In this document: piece after piece, positions 26,001 through 38,000 of the stretch
How the letters are laid out: each line of letters starts with the position of its first letter
Numbering within the stretch: position 1 is the stretch's first letter
Source of the DNA: the human T2T-CHM13v2.0 reference genome, Homo sapiens
Assembly (NCBI RefSeq): GCF_009914755.1
Contig: NC_060942.1
DNA: 64,000 nucleotides
Strand: one strand, 5' to 3'
The notes under the pieces: generated by a model
The model's input: the letters and a program-made list of their open reading frames with translations, nothing else
Told to the model about the DNA's origin: nothing
Databases searched by the model: none
Made by a program: the position numbers and the translations under genes

Positions 26001-29000
26001 CTCGTGATGTGTGTCCTCAACTAAAGGGGTAGAACCTTTCTTTTCATAGAGAAGTTTTGAAACGCTCTTTTTGTGGAATCTGCAAGTGGATATTTGGCTA
26101 GTTTTGAGGATTTCGTTGGAAGCGGGAATTCATACAAATTGCAGACTGCAGCGTTCTGAGAAACATCTTTGTGATGTTTGTATTCAGGACACAGAGTTGA
26201 ACATTCCCTATCATAGAGCAGGTTTGAATCACTCCTTTTGTAGTATCTGGAAGTGGACATTTGGAGCGCTTTCAGGCCTATGTTGGAAAAGGAAATATCT
26301 TCCCATAACAACTAGACAGAAGCATTCTCAGAAACTTATTTGAGATGTGTGTACTCAACTAAGAGAATTGAACCACCGTTTTGAAGGAGCAGTTTTGAAA
26401 CTCTCTTTTTCTGGAATCTGCAAGTGGATATTTGGCTAGCTTTGGGGATTTCGCTGGAAGCGGGAATACATATAAAAAGCACACAGCAGCGTTCTGAGAA
26501 ACTGCTTTCTGATGTTTGCATTCAAGTCAAAAGTTGAACACTCCCTTTCATAGAGCAGTCCTGAAACACCCCTTTTGTAGTATCTGGAACTGGACTTTTG
26601 GAGCGATTTCAGGGCTAAGGTGAAAAAGGAAATATCTTCCCATAAAAACTGGACAGAAGCATTCTCAGAAACTTGTTTATGCTGTATCTACTCAACTAAC
26701 AAAGTTGAACCTTTCTTTTGATAGAGCAGTTTTGAAATGGTCTTTTTGTGGAATCTGCAAGTGGATATTTGGCTAGTTTTGAGGATTTCGTTGGAAGCGG
26801 GAATTCATACAAATTGCAGACTGCAGCGTTCTGAGAAACATCTTTGTGATGTTTGTATTCAGGACACAGAGTTGAACATTCCCTATCATAGAGCAGGTTG
26901 GAATCACTCCTTTTGTAGTATCTGGAAGTGGACATTTGGAGCGCTTTCAGGCCTATTTTGGAAAGGGAAATATCTTCCCGTAACAACTATGCAGAAGCAT
27001 TCTCAGAAACTTGTTTGTGATGTGTGCCCTCTACTGACAGAGTTGAACCTTTCTTTTCATAGAGCAGTTTTGAAACACTCTTTTTGTAGAATCTGCAAGA
27101 GGATATTTGCATAGCTTTGAGGATTTCGTGGGAAACGGGATTGTCTTCAGGTAAAATCTAGACAGAAGCATTCTCAGAAACTTCTTTGGGATGTTTGCAT
27201 TCAAGTCACAGAGTAGAACATTCCCTTTGGTAGAGCAGGTTTGAAACACTCTTTTTGTAGTATCTGGAAGTGGACATTTGGAGCGCTTTCAGGCCCATGT
27301 TGGAAAGGGAAATATCTTCCCGTAACAACTAGGCAGAAGCATTCTCAGAAACTTATTTGAGATGTGTGTACTCAACTAAGAGAATTGAACCACCGTTTTG
27401 AAGGAGCAGTTTTGAAACACTCTTTTTCTGGAATCTGCAAGAGTATATTTGCCTAGCCTTGAGGATTTCGTTGGAAACGGGATTGTCTTCAGAGAAAATC
27501 TAGACAGAAGCATTCTCAGAAACTTCTTTGGGATGCTTGCATTCAAGTCACAGAGTAGAACATTCCCTTTGGTAGAGCAGGTTTGAAACACTCTTTTTGT
27601 AGTATCTGGAAGTGGACATTTGGAGCGCTTTCAGGCCTACGTTGGAAAAGGAAATATCTTCCCATAACAACTAGACAGAAGCATTCTCAGAAACTAGTTT
27701 CTGATGTGTGTCCTCAACTAACACAGTTGAACATTTCTTTAGACAGAACAGTTTTGAAACACTCTTTTTGTGGAATCTGCAAGTGGCTATTTGGCTAGAT
27801 TTGAGGATTTCGTTGGAAACGGGATTACATATAAAAAGCAGTCAGCGGCATTCTCAGAAAGTTCTTTGTGATGATTGCATTCAAGTCACAGAATTGAACA
27901 TTCCCTTTCACAGAGCAGGTTTGAAACACTCTTTTTGTAGTGTGTGTAAGTGGACATTTGGAGCACTTACCGGCCTAAGGTGAAAAAGGAAATATCTTCC
28001 CATAAAAACTAGACAGAAGCATTCTCAGAAACTTACTCGTGATGTGTGTCCTCAACTAAAGGGGTAGAACCTTTCTTTTCATAGAGAAGTTTTGAAACGC
28101 TCTTTTTGTGGAATCTGCAAGTGGATATTTGGCTAGTTTTGAGGATTTCGTTGGAAGCGGGAATTCATACAAATTGCAGACTGCAGCGTTCTGAGAAACA
28201 TCTTTGTGATGTTTGTATTCAGGACACAGAGTTGAACATTCCCTATCATAGAGCAGGTTGGAATCACTCCTTTTGTAGTATCTGGAAGTGGACATTTGGA
28301 GCGCTTTCAGGCCTATGTTGGAAAAGGAAATATCTTCCCATAACAACTAGACAGAAGCATTCTCAGAAACTTATTTGAGATGTGTGTACTCAACTAAGAG
28401 AATTGAACCACCGTTTTGAAGGAGCAGTTTTGAAACTCTCTTTTTCTGGAATCTGCAAGTGGATATTTGGCTAGCTTTGGGGATTTCGCTGGAAGCGGGA
28501 ATACATATAAAAAGCACACAGCAGCGTTCTGAGAAACTGCTTTCTGATGTTTGCATTCAAGTCAAAAGTTGAACACTCCCTTTCATAGAGCAGTCCTGAA
28601 ACACCCCTTTTGTAGTATCTGGAACTGGACTTTTGGAGCGATTTCAGGGCTAAGGTGAAAAAGGAAATATCTTCCCATAAAAACTGGACAGAAGCATTCT
28701 CAGAAACTTGTTTATGCTGTATCTACTCAACTAACAAAGTTGAACCTTTCTTTTGATAGAGCAGTTTTGAAATGGTCTTTTTGTGGAATCTGCAAGTGGA
28801 TATTTGGCTAGTTTTGAGGATTTCGTTGGAAGCGGGAATTCATACAAATTGCAGACTGCAGCGTTCTGAGAAACATCTTTGTGATGTTTGTATTCAGGAC
28901 ACAGAGTTGAACATTCCCTATCATAGAGCAGGTTGGAATCACTCCTTTTGTAGTATCTGGAAGTGGACATTTGGAGCGCTTTCAGGCCTATTTTGGAAAG

Positions 29001-32000
29001 GGAAATATCTTCCCGTAACAACTATGCAGAAGCATTCTCAGAAACTTGTTTGTGATGTGTGCCCTCTACTGACAGAGTTGAACCTTTCTTTTCATAGAGC
29101 AGTTTTGAAACACTCTTTTTGTAGAATCTGCAAGAGGATATTTGCATAGCTTTGAGGATTTCGTGGGAAACGGGATTGTCTTCAGGTAAAATCTAGACAG
29201 AAGCATTCTCAGAAACTTCTTTGGGATGTTTGCATTCAAGTCACAGAGTAGAACATTCCCTTTGGTAGAGCAGGTTTGAAACACTCTTTTTGTAGTATCT
29301 GGAAGTGGACATTTGGAGCGCTTTCAGGCCCATGTTGGAAAGGGAAATATCTTCCCGTAACAACTAGGCAGAAGCATTCTCAGAAACTTATTTGAGATGT
29401 GTGTACTCAACTAAGAGAATTGAACCACCGTTTTGAAGGAGCAGTTTTGAAACACTCTTTTTCTGGAATCTGCAAGAGTATATTTGCCTAGCCTTGAGGA
29501 TTTCGTTGGAAACGGGATTGTCTTCAGAGAAAATCTAGACAGAAGCATTCTCAGAAACTTCTTTGGGATGCTTGCATTCAAGTCACAGAGTAGAACATTC
29601 CCTTTGGTAGAGCAGGTTTGAAACACTCTTTTTGTAGTATCTGGAAGTGGACATTTGGAGCGCTTTCAGGCCTACGTTGGAAAAGGAAATATCTTCCCAT
29701 AACAACTAGACAGAAGCATTCTCAGAAACTAGTTTCTGATGTGTGTCCTCAACTAACACAGTTGAACATTTCTTTAGACAGAACAGTTTTGAAACACTCT
29801 TTTTGTGGAATCTGCAAGTGGCTATTTGGCTAGATTTGAGGATTTCGTTGGAAACGGGATTACATATAAAAAGCAGTCAGCGGCATTCTCAGAAAGTTCT
29901 TTGTGATGATTGCATTCAAGTCACAGAATTGAACATTCCCTTTCACAGAGCAGGTTTGAAACACTCTTTTTGTAGTGTGTGTAAGTGGACATTTGGAGCA
30001 CTTACCGGCCTAAGGTGAAAAAGGAAATATCTTCCCATAAAAACTAGACAGAAGCATTCTCAGAAACTTACTCGTGATGTGTGTCCTCAACTAAAGGAGT
30101 AGAACCTTTCTTTTCATAGAGAAGTTTTGAAACGCTCTTTTTGTGGAATCTGCAAGTGGATATTTGGCTAGTTTTGAGGATTTCGTTGGAAGCGGGAATT
30201 CATACAAATTGCAGACTGCAGCGTTCTGAGAAACATCTTTGTGATGTTTGTATTCAGGACACAGAGTTGAACATTCCCTATCATAGAGCAGGTTTGAATC
30301 ACTCCTTTTGTAGTATCTGGAAGTGGACATTTGGAGCGCTTTCAGGCCTATGTTGGAAAAGGAAATATCTTCCCATAACAACTAGACAGAAGCATTCTCA
30401 GAAACTTATTTGAGATGTGTGTACTCAACTAAGAGAATTGAACCACCGTTTTGAAGGAGCAGTTTTGAAACTCTCTTTTTCTGGAATCTGCAAGTGGATA
30501 TTTGGCTAGCTTTGGGGATTTCGCTGGAAGCGGGAATACATATAAAAAGCACACAGCAGCGTTCTGAGAAACTGCTTTCTGATGTTTGCATTCAAGTCAA
30601 AAGTTGAACACTCCCTTTCATAGAGCAGTCCTGAAACACCCCTTTTGTAGTATCTGGAACTGGACTTTTGGAGCGATTTCAGGGCTAAGGTGAAAAAGGA
30701 AATATCTTCCCATAAAAACTGGACAGAAGCATTCTCAGAAACTTGTTTATGCTGTATCTACTCAACTAACAAAGTTGAACCTTTCTTTTGATAGAGCAGT
30801 TTTGAAATGGTCTTTTTGTGGAATCTGCAAGTGGATATTTGGCTAGTTTTGAGGATTTCGTTGGAAGCGGGAATTCATACAAATTGCAGACTGCAGCGTT
30901 CTGAGAAACATCTTTGTGATGTTTGTATTCAGGACACAGAGTTGAACATTCCCTATCATAGAGCAGGTTGGAATCACTCCTTTTGTAGTATCTGGAAGTG
31001 GACATTTGGAGCGCTTTCAGGCCTATTTTGGAAAGGGAAATATCTTCCCGTAACAACTATGCAGAAGCATTCTCAGAAACTTGTTTGTGATGTGTGCCCT
31101 CTACTGACAGAGTTGAACCTTTCTTTTCATAGAGCAGTTTTGAAACACTCTTTTTGTAGAATCTGCAAGAGGATATTTGCATAGCTTTGAGGATTTCGTG
31201 GGAAACGGGATTGTCTTCAGGTAAAATCTAGACAGAAGCATTCTCAGAAACTTCTTTGGGATGTTTGCATTCAAGTCACAGAGTAGAACATTCCCTTTGG
31301 TAGAGCAGGTTTGAAACACTCTTTTTGTAGTATCTGGAAGTGGACATTTGGAGCGCTTTCAGGCCCATGTTGGAAAGGGAAATATCTTCCCGTAACAACT
31401 AGGCAGAAGCATTCTCAGAAACTTATTTGAGATGTGTGTACTCAACTAAGAGAATTGAACCACCGTTTTGAAGGAGCAGTTTTGAAACACTCTTTTTCTG
31501 GAATCTGCAAGAGTATATTTGCCTAGCCTTGAGGATTTCGTTGGAAACGGGATTGTCTTCAGAGAAAATCTAGACAGAAGCATTCTCAGAAACTTCTTTG
31601 GGATGCTTGCATTCAAGTCACAGAGTAGAACATTCCCTTTGGTAGAGCAGGTTTGAAACACTCTTTTTGTAGTATCTGGAAGTGGACATTTGGAGCGCTT
31701 TCAGGCCTACGTTGGAAAAGGAAATATCTTCCCATAACAACTAGACAGAAGCATTCTCAGAAACTAGTTTCTGATGTGTGTCCTCAACTAACACAGTTGA
31801 ACATTTCTTTAGACAGAACAGTTTTGAAACACTCTTTTTGTGGAATCTGCAAGTGGCTATTTGGCTAGATTTGAGGATTTCGTTGGAAACGGGATTACAT
31901 ATAAAAAGCAGTCAGCGGCATTCTCAGAAAGTTCTTTGTGATGATTGCATTCAAGTCACAGAATTGAACATTCCCTTTCACAGAGCAGGTTTGAAACACT

Positions 32001-35000
32001 CTTTTTGTAGTGTGTGTAAGTGGACATTTGGAGCACTTACCGGCCTAAGGTGAAAAAGGAAATATCTTCCCATAAAAACTAGACAGAAGCATTCTCAGAA
32101 ACTTACTCGTGATGTGTGTCCTCAACTAAAGGGGTAGAACCTTTCTTTTCATAGAGAAGTTTTGAAACGCTCTTTTTGTGGAATCTGCAAGTGGATATTT
32201 GGCTAGTTTTGAGGATTTCGTTGGAAGCGGGAATTCATACAAATTGCAGACTGCAGCGTTCTGAGAAACATCTTTGTGATGTTTGTATTCAGGACACAGA
32301 GTTGAACATTCCCTATCATAGAGCAGGTTTGAATCACTCCTTTTGTAGTATCTGGAAGTGGACATTTGGAGCGCTTTCAGGCCTATGTTGGAAAAGGAAA
32401 TATCTTCCCATAACAACTAGACAGAAGCATTCTCAGAAACTTATTTGAGATGTGTGTACTCAACTAAGAGAATTGAACCACCGTTTTGAAGGAGCAGTTT
32501 TGAAACTCTCTTTTTCTGGAATCTGCAAGTGGATATTTGGCTAGCTTTGGGGATTTCGCTGGAAGCGGGAATACATATAAAAAGCACACAGCAGCGTTCT
32601 GAGAAACTGCTTTCTGATGTTTGCATTCAAGTCAAAAGTTGAACACTCCCTTTCATAGAGCAGTCCTGAAACACCCCTTTTGTAGTATCTGGAACTGGAC
32701 TTTTGGAGCGATTTCAGGGCTAAGGTGAAAAAGGAAATATCTTCCCATAAAAACTGGACAGAAGCATTCTCAGAAACTTGTTTATGCTGTATCTACTCAA
32801 CTAACAAAGTTGAACCTTTCTTTTGATAGAGCAGTTTTGAAATGGTCTTTTTGTGGAATCTGCAAGTGGATATTTGGCTAGTTTTGAGGATTTCGTTGGA
32901 AGCGGGAATTCATACAAATTGCAGACTGCAGCGTTCTGAGAAACATCTTTGTGATGTTTGTATTCAGGACACAGAGTTGAACATTCCCTATCATAGAGCA
33001 GGTTGGAATCACTCCTTTTGTAGTATCTGGAAGTGGACATTTGGAGCGCTTTCAGGCCTATTTTGGAAAGGGAAATATCTTCCCGTAACAACTATGCAGA
33101 AGCATTCTCAGAAACTTGTTTGTGATGTGTGCCCTCTACTGACAGAGTTGAACCTTTCTTTTCATAGAGCAGTTTTGAAACACTCTTTTTGTAGAATCTG
33201 CAAGAGGATATTTGCATAGCTTTGAGGATTTCGTGGGAAACGGGATTGTCTTCAGGTAAAATCTAGACAGAAGCATTCTCAGAAACTTCTTTGGGATGTT
33301 TGCATTCAAGTCACAGAGTAGAACATTCCCTTTGGTAGAGCAGGTTTGAAACACTCTTTTTGTAGTATCTGGAAGTGGACATTTGGAGCGCTTTCAGGCC
33401 CATGTTGGAAAGGGAAATATCTTCCCGTAACAACTAGGCAGAAGCATTCTCAGAAACTTATTTGAGATGTGTGTACTCAACTAAGAGAATTGAACCACCG
33501 TTTTGAAGGAGCAGTTTTGAAACACTCTTTTTCTGGAATCTGCAAGAGTATATTTGCCTAGCCTTGAGGATTTCGTTGGAAACGGGATTGTCTTCAGAGA
33601 AAATCTAGACAGAAGCATTCTCAGAAACTTCTTTGGGATGCTTGCGTTCAAGTCACAGAGTAGAACATTCCCTTTGGTAGAGCAGGTTTGAAACACTCTT
33701 TTTGTAGTATCTGGAAGTGGACATTTGGAGCGCTTTCAGGCCTACGTTGGAAAAGGAAATATCTTCCCATAACAACTAGACAGAAGCATTCTCAGAAACT
33801 AGTTTCTGATGTGTGTCCTCAACTAACACAGTTGAACATTTCTTTAGACAGAACAGTTTTGAAACACTCTTTTTGTGGAATCTGCAAGTGGCTATTTGGC
33901 TAGATTTGAGGATTTCGTTGGAAACGGGATTACATATAAAAAGCAGTCAGCGGCATTCTCAGAAAGTTCTTTGTGATGATTGCATTCAAGTCACAGAATT
34001 GAACATTCCCTTTCACAGAGCAGGTTTGAAACACTCTTTTTGTAGTGTGTGTAAGTGGACATTTGGAGCACTTACCGGCCTAAGGTGAAAAAGGAAATAT
34101 CTTCCCATAAAAACTAGACAGAAGCATTCTCAGAAACTTACTCGTGATGTGTGTCCTCAACTAAAGGAGTAGAACCTTTCTTTTCATAGAGAAGTTTTGA
34201 AACGCTCTTTTTGTGGAATCTGCAAGTGGATATTTGGCTAGTTTTGAGGATTTCGTTGGAAGCGGGAATTCATACAAATTGCAGACTGCAGCGTTCTGAG
34301 AAACATCTTTGTGATGTTTGTATTCAGGACACAGAGTTGAACATTCCCTATCATAGAGCAGGTTTGAATCACTCCTTTTGTAGTATCTGGAAGTGGACAT
34401 TTGGAGCGCTTTCAGGCCTATGTTGGAAAAGGAAATATCTTCCCATAACAACTAGACAGAAGCATTCTCAGAAACTTATTTGAGATGTGTGTACTCAACT
34501 AAGAGAATTGAACCACCGTTTTGAAGGAGCAGTTTTGAAACTCTCTTTTTCTGGAATCTGCAAGTGGATATTTGGCTAGCTTTGGGGATTTCGCTGGAAG
34601 CGGGAATACATATAAAAAGCACACAGCAGCGTTCTGAGAAACTGCTTTCTGATGTTTGCATTCAAGTCAAAAGTTGAACACTCCCTTTCATAGAGCAGTC
34701 CTGAAACACCCCTTTTGTAGTATCTGGAACTGGACTTTTGGAGCGATTTCAGGGCTAAGGTGAAAAAGGAAATATCTTCCCATAAAAACTGGACAGAAGC
34801 ATTCTCAGAAACTTGTTTATGCTGTATCTACTCAACTAACAAAGTTGAACCTTTCTTTTGATAGAGCAGTTTTGAAATGGTCTTTTTGTGGAATCTGCAA
34901 GTGGATATTTGGCTAGTTTTGAGGATTTCGTTGGAAGCGGGAATTCATACAAATTGCAGACTGCAGCGTTCTGAGAAACATCTTTGTGATGTTTGTATTC

Positions 35001-38000
35001 AGGACAGAGAGTTGAACATTCCCTATCATAGAGCAGGTTGGAATCACTCCTTTTGTAGTATCTGGAAGTGGACATTTGGAGCGCTTTCAGGCCTATTTTG
35101 GAAAGGGAAATATCTTCCCGTAACAACTATGCAGAAGCATTCTCAGAAACTTGTTTGTGATGTGTGCCCTCTACTGACAGAGTTGAACCTTTCTTTTCAT
35201 AGAGCAGTTTTGAAACACTCTTTTTGTAGAATCTGCAAGAGGATATTTGCATAGCTTTGAGGATTTCGTGGGAAACGGGATTGTCTTCAGGTAAAATCTA
35301 GACAGAAGCATTCTCAGAAACTTCTTTGGGATGTTTGCATTCAAGTCACAGAGTAGAACATTCCCTTTGGTAGAGCAGGTTTGAAACACTCTTTTTGTAG
35401 TATCTGGAAGTGGACATTTGGAGCGCTTTCAGGCCCATGTTGGAAAGGGAAATATCTTCCCGTAACAACTAGGCAGAAGCATTCTCAGAAACTTATTTGA
35501 GATGTGTGTACTCAACTAAGAGAATTGAACCACCGTTTTGAAGGAGCAGTTTTGAAACACTCTTTTTCTGGAATCTGCAAGAGTATATTTGCCTAGCCTT
35601 GAGGATTTCGTTGGAAACGGGATTGTCTTCAGAGAAAATCTAGACAGAAGCATTCTCAGAAACTTCTTTGGGATGCTTGCATTCAAGTCACAGAGTAGAA
35701 CATTCCCTTTGGTAGAGCAGGTTTGAAACACTCTTTTTGTAGTATCTGGAAGTGGACATTTGGAGCGCTTTCAGGCCTACGTTGGAAAAGGAAATATCTT
35801 CCCATAACAACTAGACAGAAGCATTCTCAGAAACTAGTTTCTGATGTGTGTCCTCAACTAACACAGTTGAACATTTCTTTAGACAGAACAGTTTTGAAAC
35901 ACTCTTTTTGTGGAATCTGCAAGTGGCTATTTGGCTAGATTTGAGGATTTCGTTGGAAACGGGATTACATATAAAAAGCAGTCAGCGGCATTCTCAGAAA
36001 GTTCTTTGTGATGATTGCATTCAAGTCACAGAATTGAACATTCCCTTTCACAGAGCAGGTTTGAAACACTCTTTTTGTAGTGTGTGTAAGTGGACATTTG
36101 GAGCACTTACCGGCCTAAGGTGAAAAAGGAAATATCTTCCCATAAAAACTAGACAGAAGCATTCTCAGAAACTTACTCGTGATGTGTGTCCTCAACTAAA
36201 GGGGTAGAACCTTTCTTTTCATAGAGAAGTTTTGAAACGCTCTTTTTGTGGAATCTGCAAGTGGATATTTGGCTAGTTTTGAGGATTTCGTTGGAAGCGG
36301 GAATTCATACAAATTGCAGACTGCAGCGTTCTGAGAAACATCTTTGTGATGTTTGTATTCAGGACACAGAGTTGAACATTCCCTATCATAGAGCAGGTTT
36401 GAATCACTCCTTTTGTAGTATCTGGAAGTGGACATTTGGAGCGCTTTCAGGCCTATGTTGGAAAAGGAAATATCTTCCCATAACAACTAGACAGAAGCAT
36501 TCTCAGAAACTTATTTGAGATGTGTGTACTCAACTAAGAGAATTGAACCACCGTTTTGAAGGAGCAGTTTTGAAACTCTCTTTTTCTGGAATCTGCAAGT
36601 GGATATTTGGCTAGCTTTGGGGATTTCGCTGGAAGCGGGAATACATATAAAAAGCACACAGCAGCGTTCTGAGAAACTGCTTTCTGATGTTTGCATTCAA
36701 GTCAAAAGTTGAACACTCCCTTTCATAGAGCAGTCCTGAAACACCCCTTTTGTAGTATCTGGAACTGGACTTTTGGAGCGATTTCAGGGCTAAGGTGAAA
36801 AAGGAAATATCTTCCCATAAAAACTGGACAGAAGCATTCTCAGAAACTTGTTTATGCTGTATCTACTCAACTAACAAAGTTGAACCTTTCTTTTGATAGA
36901 GCAGTTTTGAAATGGTCTTTTTGTGGAATCTGCAAGTGGATATTTGGCTAGTTTTGAGGATTTCGTTGGAAGCGGGAATTCATACAAATTGCAGACTGCA
37001 GCGTTCTGAGAAACATCTTTGTGATGTTTGTATTCAGGACACAGAGTTGAACATTCCCTATCATAGAGCAGGTTGGAATCACTCCTTTTGTAGTATCTGG
37101 AAGTGGACATTTGGAGCGCTTTCAGGCCTATTTTGGAAAGGGAAATATCTTCCCGTAACAACTATGCAGAAGCATTCTCAGAAACTTGTTTGTGATGTGT
37201 GCCCTCTACTGACAGAGTTGAACCTTTCTTTTCATAGAGCAGTTTTGAAACACTCTTTTTGTAGAATCTGCAAGAGGATATTTGCATAGCTTTGAGGATT
37301 TCGTGGGAAACGGGATTGTCTTCAGGTAAAATCTAGACAGAAGCATTCTCAGAAACTTCTTTGGGATGTTTGCATTCAAGTCACAGAGTAGAACATTCCC
37401 TTTGGTAGAGCAGGTTTGAAACACTCTTTTTGTAGTATCTGGAAGTGGACATTTGGAGCGCTTTCAGGCCCATGTTGGAAAGGGAAATATCTTCCCGTAA
37501 CAACTAGGCAGAAGCATTCTCAGAAACTTATTTGAGATGTGTGTACTCAACTAAGAGAATTGAACCACCGTTTTGAAGGAGCAGTTTTGAAACACTCTTT
37601 TTCTGGAATCTGCAAGAGTATATTTGCCTAGCCTTGAGGATTTCGTTGGAAACGGGATTGTCTTCAGAGAAAATCTAGACAGAAGCATTCTCAGAAACTT
37701 CTTTGGGATGCTTGCATTCAAGTCACAGAGTAGAACATTCCCTTTGGTAGAGCAGGTTTGAAACACTCTTTTTGTAGTATCTGGAAGTGGACATTTGGAG
37801 CGCTTTCAGGCCTACGTTGGAAAAGGAAATATCTTCCCATAACAACTAGACAGAAGCATTCTCAGAAACTAGTTTCTGATGTGTGTCCTCAACTAACACA
37901 GTTGAACATTTCTTTAGACAGAACAGTTTTGAAACACTCTTTTTGTGGAATCTGCAAGTGGCTATTTGGCTAGATTTGAGGATTTCGTTGGAAACGGGAT

